Source of the DNA: Eledone cirrhosa
Lineage: Eukaryota
Direction: 5' to 3'
Assembly (NCBI GenBank): GCA_964016885.1
Contig: OZ024742.1
Span: 105,028,001-105,092,000, forward strand
Length of the DNA: 64,000 bases
The notes under the pieces were generated by a model that was not told the origin of the DNA, made no database searches, and saw only the letters and a program-made list of their open reading frames with translations. Positions 1 to 13,474 of this stretch are shown here, one piece after another (positions within the stretch are counted from its first letter, which is position 1; each line of letters opens with the position of its first letter). A program made the position numbers and the translations under genes.

Positions 1-95
1 CAACCAGCCTTGCCTCAAGCGGGACAACTCCCGTCTAACCCATGCTAGCATGGAAAATGGACGTTAAACGAAGATGATGATGATGATGATGATGT
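1..95 (+). mobile_element. RTE-clade LINE 3' end with (GAT)n tail
   Basis: CCGTCTAACCCATGCTAGCATGGAAAATGGACGTTAAA followed by (GAT)n; same terminus as the ORF-bearing RTE copies ending near 22880 and 27840. Confidence 0.85.
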
Positions 96-429
96 TGAAT
101 ATACTATTCATTTCTCAAATCATGGATTATATTCCCAAATACCTCTGAATCCTGTGGTTTCCTTCCATGAAATGATGGAAAATGGGCATAATTTTATTTT
201 TCGAAGTTGATGCTCCCACAACTGTAGCTTTAGCTTTTTTCAAAGGCAACAATATGGTTATACATTTCATTTATGAGCTGAGTTTTACTTTGAAGTTATA
301 AATTTAAGTTATTTAAATGAGTCACAATATACACAATAAATGCCAAAGTTGTAACAGCAGGCCTTTTATTGTATTTGAAAGTCTCGTCTCTCATATTACA
401 ATAAATTTAAATTTAACTCATTGGGCATT

Positions 430-500
430 AGTTTTCGTGGGCCAGTCAAAATCCCTTCACAGGCCAGATCAGGCCCGTGGGCCGTAGGTTGTTGACTCCT
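430..500. mobile_element. hAT (Charlie-like) DNA transposon terminus
   Basis: GGGCCAG...GGCCCGTGGGCCGTAGGTTGTTGACTCCTG resembles the subterminal GGCCC/GGGCC motifs and CAGGGGT-type TIR of hAT elements; partner end not found. Confidence 0.5.
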
Positions 501-617
501 GTCCTACAAGGACTCCAAAAAGCAACCAACAATACATATACGATGGAGGATGCTGTCCTCAATGCAACAGTTTGGACCCAGTGATATGAAATGAAAGCAA
601 GAGATTCAAAAATATAA

Positions 618-835
618 AATTATTTCTAACATTGACACAAGGCCAGCAATTTGGGGGAAGGGGAAAGTTGATTATATTGACTGCAGTACTTAACTGGTAC
701 TTTATTTTATTCAGACCAGAAGAATGAAAGGCAAAGTTGACTCCGGTGGGATTTGAACTCAGAAATTTAAAGAGCTGGAACAAATATTGCAAGGCATTTT
801 GACCAACACTCTAATAGTTCTACCAACTCACTGCT
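618..835 (-). mobile_element. tRNA-derived SINE (family with GCCTTTCATCC...AAAATAAAGTACCAG core)
   Basis: Minus strand has B-box GAGTTCAAATCC and central AACTTTGCCTTTCATTC...AATAAAGTACCAG. Other copies at ~1717-1915(-), 4925-5110(+), 9407-9600(-), 14755-14895(+), 17170-17320(-), 23350-23552(-), 37568-37757(-), 47106-47270(-), 53030-53230(-). Confidence 0.85.
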
Positions 836-1048
836 TAATAGTAATAACATTAATGGTGATTTCTTTAAACAAAGTCGCTTCCTCATATATTGGCTAGTCT
901 CTATGGAAGGAGTGCCGTGGTAGTTAGCTTACCAGCTATCAGCCGTCCATGCTGCCTTCATCAAACCCTAATATGTTGTTGAATCAGTGCAATGATGTGT
1001 GAGTGTTGCTTGACGTTGAGTGAGTTATCTAGTGAGAGATTGATTAGG

Positions 1049-1248
1049 NNNNNNNNNNNNNNNNNNNNNNNNNNNNNNNNNNNNNNNNNNNNNNNNNNNN
1101 NNNNNNNNNNNNNNNNNNNNNNNNNNNNNNNNNNNNNNNNNNNNNNNNNNNNNNNNNNNNNNNNNNNNNNNNNNNNNNNNNNNNNNNNNNNNNNNNNNNN
1201 NNNNNNNNNNNNNNNNNNNNNNNNNNNNNNNNNNNNNNNNNNNNNNNN
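1049..1248. other. Assembly gap (200 N)
   Basis: Run of Ns. Confidence 1.
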
Positions 1249-1984
1249 ACTCTTCACTTAGCCTTTTTTACCTCTCTTTTTTCCTTCATATGTATTTCAT
1301 GTACATAGCAGATCAATTACTTCTCTTACTGTGTCTTCTTATATGAGATTCCCCTTATACAGTTCTTCTCTTAACACATATACACACAATTGCATGCATA
1401 TATACATATTTGAACATGCTCCCAGTGGAGACTGAGCAAAAAAAATCAACTACCTCGGAACTATTCGATGTCTCAATGGGATATTCGATAGTGCTCATGT
1501 ATGTGATTTGGTTGGATACATTGCAAGTTAGATCTGACCCTATCGAACCATAAAAGCAGTTACAAACTTGACCATTTTAGAAAAGACTTGATAGCCATGT
1601 TCAACGAGTTATGACTGGATGAATAAAGGGTAGCTCCAGTAGCAGAGCATTTACAATTCAAAATTCAATAAGACCAGGGATTAGTATTATTAATATTTAT
1701 TTATGAATAAATAAATAATTGTTTCTACTTCAGGCACAAGGCCAGCAATTTGCAGGGGGGGGGCGAGTTGATTAAATTGATCCCAGTGCATTACTGGTGC
1801 TTTATTTATCAACGCTGTAAGGATGAAAGGCAAAGCTAACCTCGGTAGGATTTGAACTCACAACGTAAAGGGCCATAACTCTGTGCTGCAAAGCATGGTG
1901 TCTGATGCTCTACCGATATATATATAAATATATATGGAAGATAGACGTTAAATGATGATGATGATATATATATATATATATATA

Positions 1985-2273
1985 AATCAAGATGGATTCA
2001 GTAAGAAACTGGTTAGACCATTACTCACCAGAGTACTCGATATTAGAGTAGTAGAGTATGGTTATATGAAAAGGTCAGGACTCTTGTCATTTCAACAGCT
2101 AGTTCCAGACTGTCTGGAACTAGCTTTTAAAATGGCAAGAGCTCAGCCGTTGGTATCCTATATATATAAGATTTAATTAAGAAATGGTTTCTACATTTCT
2201 ATATTAAATCTTGTATATACTCTATGTATTGTGTACCTTACTTACTGTGGTTACCACCGATTTAACCTGGGAC
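1985..2273. mobile_element. Head-to-head fold-back of two short Penelope-like/hammerhead-family termini
   Basis: 30-bp inverted arms 2081-2110 and 2112-2141; GAGTACTCGATA tail motif on minus (2031-2042) and TATTGTGTACCTTACTTACTGTGGTTACC tail on plus (from 2227); the left part is homologous to 50012-50136. Confidence 0.6.
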
Positions 2274-2690
2274 ACACACATACACACATATATATATGCT
2301 AGTGAACAATCCTTGCTAGCAGAAGAAACAGATATTACATGATGATATATATATATATAGTATATATATATATCTTCATCATCATTATATGTGAACAAAT
2401 CCTAAATCATGAGGAAGTAATTAATTAATAGATACTAATTGCTGGTGGTAAGGAAACTAAAAAGCAAATTAAGGTAGAGTTATCTTAGCTGATTATGTTC
2501 AACGTGTTTTTTAGTGAAGTCAGAAATTTGTGAATGCAATGGAGAGAGAATAAAGGGGAGTGTGTGAATGTGTGAGAAAGAGAAAGGTAGGCAAACACTT
2601 TTCTTTTCTGGCCCAGGGCATAAAATATTTATATACATGTGGTGTACATATATGGATATGTGTACATATGTGTGTGTACATGTATGTATC

Positions 2691-2740
<50 letters not shown>

Positions 2741-2782
2741 GAAAGAGATAACTTCTGTTTCATTCATATGAAATTATCAGAA

Positions 2783-2830
2783 CATTCCTGATGATTGCAT
2801 ATGAATGAAACAGGTCTAGTCCTGTAAAAG
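2783..2830 (+). ncRNA. Type I hammerhead ribozyme motif (degenerate stems I/II)
   Basis: CTGATGA 2788-2794, GAAA 2807-2810, stem III ACAGG/CCTGT, GUA cleavage triplet ending 2826; inverted partial copy at 2755-2782. Confidence 0.65.
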
Positions 2831-3470
2831 TCATCTCTCTCTCTCATATATACATATACATGGCTACATGCATACATGCATATTTATTTGATATATATAC
2901 TAAAGATGACTATAATATACCAATGTATTGAGTGCCCCCAACACAACTCGGAATCTACATATATATAAATAGTTAAGGGAAATATCACAATGGAGCCAAT
3001 AGCATAGAAATTTGAATAATTAATTAAAGTAGTATGCAATAAATACTTAATTTATTGAAATTTCATTCTGAATTAGCAAGAGAAAACCAAAACCTAGCAG
3101 CAATTGTTAACAACATGAAGAAAACAAGATAATTTCAAGTTAGTTTAGAGAATGTGATTTTCGTAGGTAGCAAGGAACAACCATGGACATATGTCTCAAT
3201 CTATCTGACTTCATCATCCTAGTGCAGTCTAAACCAAAAGATTTAATATAGAGATTTTTACATACACAAGAAGAACTTACATATAGTGATATCTGCATAA
3301 TTAAAAATAGAAAGAGCTAAAGGAAGTAACACAATGGAGGCCACTATACACACACACATACACACCATCATCATGTAACATCTGTCTTCCCTGTTAGCAA
3401 AGGTTGGAGAGGTTTCCAGTATTCAAGTTCAAGTGAAGCTACTGACCTCATACTGTCCCATAGACACGTG

Positions 3471-4043
3471 CATCATCATCATCATCATCATCATTTAACG
3501 TCCATCTTCCACACTAGCATGGGTTAAACGGTTTTGTTCCATTTGATATATGTCTTGCTCGCACGGAAGCGTCTCTGGCAGGTTTTTTACAGCTGGATGC
3601 ACTTCCTAACACCAACCACATTTACAGTGTGGACTGGGAGCCTTTTCACCATGTCTCCTACACGACCACTTTACAGTGTGGACTATAGTGTCATTGACAC
3701 AGTGGACGGAATGGGAGAGGGAGGGTGGGGTGTACATTGAGTTAAGAGGTGCCTACTGACTGTAGGTTTGTATGCAACAGTAGTCGGGTCTTCTGTACAA
3801 CTGCATGGCGCCAAAGGTCTCGATCCAGTGTCATTGTGTGTGTGTCTATGTATATCATCATCATCATCATCTTCGTTTAACGTCCATTTTCCACGCTAGC
3901 ATGGGTTAGACGGGAGTTGTTCCACATGAGGCAAGGTTGGTCGGATGACCATGTCTCGCTCATATAGCACTATCTGGCAGGTTTTCTACGGCTGGATGCC
4001 CTTCCTAATACCAACCACATTTACAGTGTGGACCACATTTACA

Positions 4044-4047
<4 letters not shown>
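3471..4047 (-). mobile_element. Two adjacent RTE LINE 3'-UTR fragments with (ATC)n tails
   Basis: (ATC)n-TTTAACGTCC...CTAGCATGGGTTA...GCTGGATGC(C/A)CTTCCTAA motifs, reverse complement of the RTE 3' UTR. Similar copies at 4632-4910, 30450-30700, 39650-40085(+), 41377-41570(+), 43793-43960, 48670-48860, 56650-56970(+). Confidence 0.8.
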
Positions 4048-4073
<26 letters not shown>

Positions 4074-4080
<7 letters not shown>

Positions 4081-4488
4081 GAGGAAATAATAGACAAAAA
4101 TATACCTATTTCTTCTTCAAAATCCGACTGCAGTTTTGCCGAATCCGTTTGCAGCAATTTATGCACTATAGAAGTGCACCATCATTGTGAGTTTGATAAG
4201 GTTTATCAAAGGACTCCTAAAAAAAGGCTGTTTCTTAACAGGTTCATAACAGTGACCACTGTATCACGTGTTAATTTCTCCATCCACCTCTGGAGAATTT
4301 CCTCACTTGTTACGAACGCGTCAAGCAATGTTGGAAGTTGGACACCTTGTCAGTCTTTTTTGAGGGGTCTCTTGATAAGCCTTATCAACCTCACAGCGAT
4401 GGTGCACTTCTATAGTGCATAAATTGCTGCAGTCGGGTTTTTGAAGAAAAAATAGTTATATTTTTGTGTATTATTTCCTCGTATTTTT
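4074..4488. repeat. Long imperfect inverted repeat (~135-155 bp arms, ~120 bp spacer) next to (TA)n
   Basis: 4074-4230 is the reverse complement of 4351-4488, e.g. GCAGCAATTTATGCACTATAGAAGTGCACCATC / GATGGTGCACTTCTATAGTGCATAAATTGCTGC. Confidence 0.9.
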
Positions 4489-5366
4489 AATTTGATAAAT
4501 AACTCTGATTATTGAGTTATTTTAATTGTTTTGATTATTTTAACTCTTTTGGTCATCGATCAAACCTTGTTAAGGCTGACACCACACACACATATATACA
4601 TATAAATATGTGTGTGTATATCATTATTATATATCATCATCATCATCATCATCATCTTCGTTTAACGTCCATCTTCCACGCTTGCATGGGTTAGACAGGA
4701 GTTGTCCCACTTGCGGCAAAGTTGGTCGGGTGACCGTGTCTTGTTCATATAGGACTATCTGGCAGGTTTTCTACGACTGGATGCCCTTCCTAACACCAAC
4801 CACATTTACAGTGTGTAACTGGGAACTTTTTACCGTGTCACCTACACGGCTACATTACAGCGTGGACTGTGTGTATTTTTTGTCGTAACACCTACACTAT
4901 CTCGATCTCATTATCTCATTTATTTGGGTAAATTGACAGTATCGGTAGAGGGTTGGACATGCTTTCCAGCATAGTTACTTCCCTTTACGATCTGAGTTCA
5001 AATCCCGCCGAGGTTAACTTTGCCTTTCATCCTTACGAGGTCGATAAAATAAAGTACCAGTAATGTACTGGGTAATTGCTGGCCTTGTGCCTAAAGTAGA
5101 AATAATTATCTCATTTATTTGGACTGGATGTTATGGTACCAACTTTACAGAGAGAGGGTGATGTTGGTGGGAGTGCGAGGATAGGGTGTATATATATATA
5201 GATGTGTGTGTGTATGTGTATGTATATATATATGTAGATATATATATATAGAGAGAGAGAGATGTGTGTGTGTGTATATAGAGATAGATAGATATGTCTG
5301 TATGTATGCATATATATATGTGTGTGTGTATGTATGTGTGTATATATATATATATATATGTGTGTG

Positions 5367-5397
<31 letters not shown>

Positions 5398-5402
<5 letters not shown>

Positions 5403-5538
5403 AACAAGTAAGACCCCGACGAAACGGCTTGAGCTCAGCCGTCGGGGTCTTACTTGTTCCTATTACCCACTCTACTACCCTAAGTATTGAGTACTTTGGT
5501 GCGTTATGGTCCTCCTGGTTCCTGACCACATTTCCTTC

Positions 5539-5542
<4 letters not shown>
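5398..5542 (+). mobile_element. Short fold-back element with 3' half of a hammerhead, embedded in (TA)n
   Basis: Perfect arms 5401-5421 and 5440-5460; GAAA-CGGCT-tgagctc-AGCCG-TC; tail TATTGAGTACT 5485-5495; (TA)n on both sides. Confidence 0.65.
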
Positions 5543-5623
<81 letters not shown>

Positions 5624-5667
5624 AGAGAAAGGAAGAGAAAGAGAGAGAGAGAAAGAGAGGGAGAGAA

Positions 5668-5700
<33 letters not shown>

Positions 5701-6184
5701 CGTAGAGAGAGAGAAAGAGAGAGAGAGAAAGAGAGAGAGTGACAGAGAGAGAGAGTTATACATATAAATACACATGCACACATTTCTGTGCTATCATCAT
5801 CATAATTATCTTTCTTATCCTAATTTTCACATCTGTTTTTTATGCTGGCATAGGTTGGTCTTGGCTGCGGTAAGACATATTGCCAGTCAGCAATAACCCA
5901 TCAATAATATTAGGGGGCGGAGAGCCAAAACAAATAATTTGCTTCTCTAAAATTAAAAATATTTATTTTCTACATTCCGTAATGTAAAAAGGTTGTTTTT
6001 ATTAAAGACCTTTGATAAATGTTATTTCAACTGTTTAATTATTCAGTATTTCCTCTAGTGCCTTCAATCAACTTTAGTAATTTAGAATGTATTTCTTTTC
6101 ACTATGAGAGGCTGCTGAATGAATAAGAATAAATAGGACAGCAAGGGTCTTCCCCATGTACACCCAACTGAGGGATCAGTCATA

Positions 6185-6700
6185 AAGATTGACAATATGA
6201 TAGATAAAGCAAGTAGGTAAATGAAATGCAGTCTGAATTTATGCCAGGTAGGGGTACTGGGGTCTTCTTTCTGGTGAGTAAATCACTGTACCTGGCATTT
6301 TTAGATCTGAAGAAGACCTCCAATAAGGTCCTACACACTGTAATATGCTGGGCACTTAGAAAGTTAGGTGTAGATGAATGGCTTGTGAGGGCCATACAAG
6401 CTATGTATAAAGGAGCAACTAGCAAAGTGGGAGTTGGCAATGAATACAGTAATGAATTTGAAATGCAGGTAAGGTCCACCAGGGCTCGGCTCTCAGTCCA
6501 CTTCTCGGTGATGGCCTGAAGGACAATGATAAACAGGAGTTTAAAACTGGACTCAAGGAGATGACCTTGTCCTTATAGTTAAATCTATGGGAGAGTTAGA
6601 GGCAAAATCTCAAGCATGGAAGAAACACCTAGAATTGAAAGGCCTAAAAGTAAACTTAGCAATGACAAATGTCCTAATGTGAAAGAAAGAGAACAGTGGG
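6185..6700 (+). pseudogene. Degenerate RTE LINE reverse transcriptase fragment
   Basis: QSEFMPGRGT, LYLAFLDLKK, WALRKLGVDEWLVRAIQAMY and, downstream, GLKVNLAMT; frameshifts and deletions. Confidence 0.85.
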
Positions 6701-6859
6701 GTGATACCATCAGAAAGGAGTGAGCAGAGATGAGAGAGAGAAGTGACAAAGAAAGAATCACCTTCAGTACTGGACTGATATCTTTTTTATTGCCATTGGA
6801 AAGGATTTAAATTCAGTGAGGAAGTAATAAAGAAAATAATACGAAAATGTATTCTACAA

Positions 6860-8288
6860 AAATTATAAAACATTTACAGAACTTCAGTATGTTTTTAACT
6901 TTTTTCTTTGGAGCATATATGAAGAGTTTGTGAGAGGGTTCCTACTCTGGGACAGCCTACATACAATAGATGGAGACCGACAACCTGAAGTGTTTGACCT
7001 TGAGACTTGTTAATGGTCATTGCATAACTGACTTTCACTGGGAATTGCAACCATTTGAAATGAAAGGGGACATCTATTGGTATTAGCAGTATTCTAGGTA
7101 TAAATACGTTGTCTCTCTTATCACATCCACTGAGGATTTTGAGTTCGATAATGTGAGGCTGTAGTTCAGTCACAACCATATATATCCCATTGCACAATCA
7201 TGGCTGATCCAGGTTTCTGAGAAGCATGATGAATGTCCCTTTCTTCAATTCCAGGTTGTGTGGCAGCATACAGGATGGTTTCAATCTTTTGAGAAATTCA
7301 ATGGTGTAGTGAACAGTTTCATCCTCATCAACAATTTTGTCAATAGATTTATTGGTCTGCCAACCTTCAGAGATCATTTGAGAGAGATTCTTGTTGATGG
7401 CATTCACTGTGATGTTTTTGGAGGCAAGGATTGCTCTTTCACACAGCCACTCCTCATTGGAATGGTTGATTTCGAAATTGGGGAACACTTGAGTAATTAA
7501 GTTTATGAAACTTTCCACACATTAGAAAATGATGATGGATCACAACATCCTTCAATATCAAGGAATTGCTTTTCTATAAATTTAAACGGCTGTGAGGTGC
7601 TTATCTGTAACTCTATGGGGTCCCCCTCCCTTCTGCCTCTGTTATTTCCACTGAAGAAATTTCTGAGACTGGGAAAATGTGAGGGCCCACTCCAATTCTA
7701 TTATCGGAAAAGAAGGCAATTGTGAGCATGTTGGAGGTCAGATTAGTTGAAAACACACAAAAAACCTAGGAAAAAGGATTTCTTCACAATCCCCAGTGGG
7801 TGTTTTTTATAAATTTAAATGGCTGAGAAGTGCTTATCTGTAACTCCAAGTATCCCTCCCCCCCCACTCCATTTTCGGAAAAAGGAGTTTTTGATGGATA
7901 TCAGATCGGTCAAAAACAAATGAAAAAAAACCTAAGAAAGAAAAGATTTCCACTTAAGAAATCTCCGAGGCTGGGAAAATCCAAGGATCGACACCTCGCC
8001 ACCCCCTCTCTGCTGCTGATATATTAGCAATGTTGGAAGTTGGACACCTCGACAGACCTGGCAAACATGGCAGCATGAGAACCATTGTTGAAGTATTTGC
8101 ACACATACTTTATAAGTTCCCTCCTCACCCCCAACACCATTCTGTTTTCAGAAAAGGTGATTACAATCATGTCAGAGGTCACATTAATTGAAAACGTACG
8201 AAAATCCTTAATTATTATCAATTTTATTTAGTATTATTAGCGGTCAACATACAAACAAACAAACTTCCTTTTTATAAGGATTTTAGAT
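6860..8288 (-). mobile_element. Internally deleted Helitron with PIF1-like helicase remnant
   Basis: ORFs 7198-7518 and 6895-7197 (in frame, split by a stop) give RAILASKN, LPHNLELKKG..IMLLRNL, CNG and QFPVKVSYAMTINKSQGQTL. Minus-strand 5' end ATCTAAAATCCTTATAAAAAGGAAGTTTGTTTGTTTGTATG is typical of animal Helitrons; ~235-bp internal direct repeats start at ~7571 and ~7805. Confidence 0.85.
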
Positions 8289-9905
8289 GTGATTATTGGA
8301 ATGTTTATCCATGGATAGACATGCCTGGGGTTAATTATGTTATGGTCAGTTACATTCCCAGTTGTGTTTCATTAGATAAGCCTCACTTTTTCAATTATCT
8401 ATAACAAGGATTTTTTTCAATATACTGTGCATATGTGTATATGAGTGTGCATGTGTGCATATGCGTACATTTCTATGTATGAGTATATAAACACGCAAAC
8501 ACAGACACACTTACAAAAATACACACTCACAGACATACATTCACACAAGCACATAAACATTCACACAAACACACACATACATTTACACAAATACACATAC
8601 ACTCACAGCGTATCAAATGGAACACCAGCCAAGATTTTGCTATAGTTTTTTTCACCATCCCCTGTCTTCCTTTTACAACATATACATCCACACAAACACA
8701 CACACATTGGATGAAAGACGGACGGAAGTCGTTCAAATTTATATAGAGATTTGTAATTTTAGAGATGAACCAAAGGAAAACTGGGTAAGGCAATTTTGTG
8801 TGTTAAAGGTTTTCACCTTGGACACTGAATTAGTACAAAACTAGGCAGAACAAAAGATGATATGATTACATCAGCCTGGTTTGATTAACATCTAGCTTCC
8901 ATGCAGAGAAGATAACAGAAAATAAAATGATCAACAAAGTTATAGTAGACATGTGTTTCTCTTCAATCAGGTATTTCAACCATTCTTTCATTGTTTTGTT
9001 TTATAAAATTACTATTGTTGTGAACTCCTGTTTTTAAAATAGATATATATATCCCTGTGTGCTGTAAGAGGCAAATAAAAGAAATAGCCTTAGGAAGGGC
9101 ACCCAGCTGTATATTGCCTCAAAACATGCCAACTAACCTATGCCTGCATGGAAAAGTGGATGTAAAAACAATGATGATGATGATGATGATGATATATTCT
9201 GTAAATTTCCGGCTCCCAATAGTTTCTTAAAATTCTCTACTTTAGAAGACAGTACTTTGTATTTCACTTTTAAAAAGTTTATTTTGTGTGTGCGTGAGTG
9301 TGTGGCAGGTACGTGTGTGTGTGCGGGTGTGGTAGGTATGTGTGTAACTAAAGCTACAGGCGGTTTTTTGGTTAAAGGACTCAATGCTGTTACAAGGGTC
9401 CTATGCTAATAATTGTTTCTACTTTGGGCACAAGGCCAGCAATTACCCAGCATATTACTGGTACTTTATTTTATCGACCCCGTAAGGATGAAAGGCAAAG
9501 TTAACCTCGGCGGGATTTGAACTCAGAATGGCAAGGGTCGTAACTCTATGCATCAAAGCATGGTGTCCGACCCTCTACTGATACTGCCAATCCACCACCT
9601 TGACTTTATTCCTGCTTACTTGTAGGTGTGTGAATATGCATATATATATATATATTATACTCTGTAAAGTGCTTGGTGATAAGAAGAGAATCCAGCTGTA
9701 AAAACCATGCCAAAACTGGAACATATGTAACCCCTGGTATGTCTAGGAGGACAGGAGTTCTGATTAAGCATTGACTGTCTGTGACAACCCATCCAACTCA
9801 TGCCAGCATAGAAAAATAGATGTTAAATCATGATAATGATAACTCTTGTTTTTTAAAGAAAGTTATATATTTATCCACTTTTCCATGCTTGCATAGTTTG
9901 AACAT

Positions 9906-9959
<54 letters not shown>

Positions 9960-10122
9960 ACACACATGTATATATACACACACACACACATACATACATA
10001 CACACACGTACACACATATATACATACACACATATATACATACACACACACATATATATATATATATACACCCACATATATACAAACACATGCACACATA
10101 TATATATATATACACACACATG

Positions 10123-10157
<35 letters not shown>

Positions 10158-10959
10158 TTGTCATTGCTGAAGACAGCCTTGCCTGTGTATTTCAGGACGA
10201 GAATTACTAAACACACTAATAAGTTTTCCACTTCAAAAGAGTTTTTGTTTGATATTTTGATTCAATCAAAATTTCTCCAAATTAGATTACGAGATTTTTT
10301 CTAGCAGAAAAATAATACACGGCATCAGGGAAGATAAAATACAAGACATATAATTTCTTCTACATTTGTCCAGATGTATGTTGGTGATGGTGGTTGTGAT
10401 TAAAATGGTAGAGGTGGTACTAGAATGAGAAGGAGGGAGAGAAGGGAGGGACAACTAGAAATAATATTCTTCTTTATTGAGAAATGTTTCAATTCTCTAC
10501 AACTTTGAAGGAGTGATAATATGTAGGATGATTAAGGCATGCACATATGTCTGCATGTGTGTGTGTTAATGTTTGTATATGTGAGTATCTACATTTACAC
10601 AGATGCACGTGTGTAGTTAGGGTATACTACCTGAAGTGTGTATGTGCATATGTGTATGTTAGTATATGTAAATGTATGTACTCACACGTGTGTGTGTGTA
10701 GCCAGGGTATTCTATCTATTGTAGGAATAGCAAACAAATCAGTAGTGCCCATAATATATTTGTTTGTCAGCAAGCTTGGCCCTGGCTAAAAATTTTACGG
10801 AGGCCTGCACCCTTAAAGTTCCAGTTCATTCTTAGTCTGTTCTGTTACTTGTAAATACATCAGATACACTACATCTACATGTATATACATATGACCCCTA
10901 CATAAACCATAAATATTTAGCATTGGTCACTAAAATACTTAGAAGTTTGAAATGGTGAC

Positions 10960-11280
10960 TATATTTTACATCTATTCTGTATCTATTTGAAGATTTATAG
11001 GCCTACATTTTACATCTGGCCTAAACCTAGGCCTATCACCAGCTTTGTAGGCCTACATATTACATCTGACCTTAGCATAGGGTTATTACCTTGTTGTTGG
11101 TCTACATTTTATATCTGGCCTGAGCCCATTACCAAATTTTGTAGGGCTCTATTTCACATCTGACCAGAACCCATTACCAGCTTTGTAGGGTCCATTACCA
11201 ACTTCGTAGGCCTAAGCCTATTACCAGTTTTGTAGGTTTACATTTCACACTTTGTCTAGACCTATTACCAGCTTTTGCAT
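10960..11280. repeat. Degenerate ~45-50 bp minisatellite
   Basis: Recurring GTAGGCCTACATTTTACATCTG...CCTATTACCAGCTTT units. Confidence 0.75.
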
Positions 11281-11432
11281 ATGGCTGGAGTCCATCTGGT
11301 TATCTGCAGTTATGATCAGCACTTCCACCTGATTGGGTAAGAAAGATGTTTGCGCACCAAGAAGAAAATGGCAAAATTTGTGTTTAATGATAATAATAAT
11401 AATAATAATAATAAAAATAATAATAATAATAA

Positions 11433-13438
11433 TGCTTTCTTTATTAACCACAAGGGTTTACATAAAGTAGACATTAAGGACAGTACAGGACAATACAGGA
11501 CGGTACAAATGGGCATTTCTGCATGTAAAAAAACAAAAACAGAGGATGTAACAAAAAAATAACAATGAAAAATTCCCCAATAGGGGGGAGACTTCCGAGG
11601 GACATTCGTGGAGAAAGCCCATTAAAAGGCCACAGTGACCCTGAGCACCAGGGCAAATGCCCTCTCCCAGTTTTCCACCTTTAATTTACAGACACATACT
11701 CAGAGTAGGCCCATTTACTCGGGCCATTCTTGCCTCTCTCACCCATCTTTCAACAAAATGCTGGGAAGGGGTCATATGTATAGAGAGCACTTCCCTCTCT
11801 ACCCTGATTTTCCTTTTCAAATGAAATTTGAAAAAGTTAATCAGGGCATCACCGAAGAGGTAAGTGCTCGTCTTCAACCCTTTCAAACGCGTCCACCATA
11901 CTATCTCTTTCGCCATGGCCACCAGACAGATAAAAACTGCCTGCCCTTCCCGACTAAAGGAAGAGGGCGGGGCAATCCTCACGATGGACTCAGCTGATAG
12001 CCGGATCCGTCCTACACGTGACAGCAGGTGTTCGACATAAACCCACAAGTCAGTAATGCTTGGACATTGGACGTGTGCGTGCAGGACGGTTTCGTCGCCC
12101 TGCGCGCATCTCGGGCATGCCCGGCTGACGGCACCTCCATGCCTGTAGAGTTTATCCCGAACTGGCAAAGCTCCTCAGTAGCACTGCCAGGCCAGGGATT
12201 TCTGGAAGTTGTCCATAGGCCCCGGCCCGAAAGTTCTTCCGAAGAGATTGGCTAGTTGATTTTCGTCGACGCCTAGAGTTTCCCCAAGTACGTTGTCGCT
12301 CTTCCCCTCCACTAATCCTTTATAGAACGCCAAGGTGGAGTTTCCAACGATCACATTGCTCGATTGGTCGAGGGCTGTGAGTGCCTGAAATTATCTATGT
12401 TATCCACCTTGTTCGGATCTTTTCTCAGCAGCACCACCGCTCCTCGGCTCACAGAGCTGGGAATTCTCCCGTTCTGTTGCCAGTTGCAGTAGACGTCCAC
12501 CAAGAGGCCTCCGAAAAAGTCTGGCATCTGTACATAAAGTTCATAGAGCAGACTATCCAAACCAGGCGATTTACCCCTTGTGCAGCCAGTCATTGCCTCC
12601 CGTACTTCAGCTGTTGTTATTGGCTTTTCGCAACACTCCGCCTCAGTGGCCGAGATCCGCAGCAGTCCGTCGAGGTAGACACTAAAGTCCATCCCTCGAT
12701 CCGGCCCGCTGCTGCTCCCGAACAGCTGAGCGAAGTGTCGCTGAAAAGCTTCACACATTTGCCCGGGATCGAGTAGCATGCGCCCGTCGTGGTCCACCAA
12801 AGACCGGATTGTGGCTTTGTTGCCACGACGTGCCTCCGCCACTCAGGCCTATTGAATAGCTTTCGTCCCCTTGTGTCTGAGAGCACGCACCCTAGCTCTG
12901 ACAACGCAGCCTTCGTGCTTTGCATTGAAGAATTGGTCAAGGGCCAATTTCGCTGCAACTACGTCGGTCGCGGTGCCTTTGCTAAGCGCCTCGTCTAATT
13001 TTCTAACTAGTTCTCCCTCTGCTCTATTTTTCTCTGTTGCTAAAACCTTACTAAACCTAATGGACTCTGTTCTAATTGCTCTTTTCAGAACAATCCACCA
13101 CTTGTTGTTGACGATGGCCCCCGTCAACACCCGCTTAACTAATTCACTAATCCGGTCTCTGTAGGCCTTGCATGCTGGTAATGACGCGTTTAGCTTCCAG
13201 TAACCGGGTCCTTGTCTATGAAGCCTATCTAAGTCAACCACACAGATCAGGAATTTGTGGTCAGTGTAGCTGACTATCTTGAATTGTGGACAGCCTATGC
13301 TAGACCTATCTATTTTCCTACAAAATACTCTATCTAGATATGATCTGGATGACCCGATACGGTTTGTCCAAGTCCACATTGGCACATTTGGGAAATCCAA
13401 TCGGTACCTGTCAGACAGTTCAAAATGCCTGAGCATGT

Positions 13439-13441
<3 letters not shown>
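11433..13441 (-). mobile_element. Tx1/L1-clade LINE, 5'-truncated and internally deleted ORF2
   Basis: APE C-terminus (SYLDRVF, TDHK, GPGYWKLNASL), RT start (KSPGLDSL, LLRKD...NFR), C-terminal CCHC/zf-RVT (CPRC...ETVLHAHVQC), then AATAAA and (ATT)n; the RT core is missing at a junction near 12380. Confidence 0.9.

Positions 13442-13474
<33 letters not shown>

Noticed and set aside
618-835. tRNA genes at B-box (GAGTTCAAATCC) matches
   Set aside because: No cloverleaf; the boxes are heads of SINEs followed by the SINE core.
6895-7518. Host PIF1 helicase gene
   Set aside because: Intronless, in-frame stop, deleted motif and adjacent Helitron 5' end indicate a transposon remnant.
8763-8784. Candidate ~22-nt microexon (TTTTAG|AGATGAACCAAAGGAAAACTGG|GTAAGG)
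   Set aside because: Such splice-like matches arise by chance in 64 kb; no supporting gene context.
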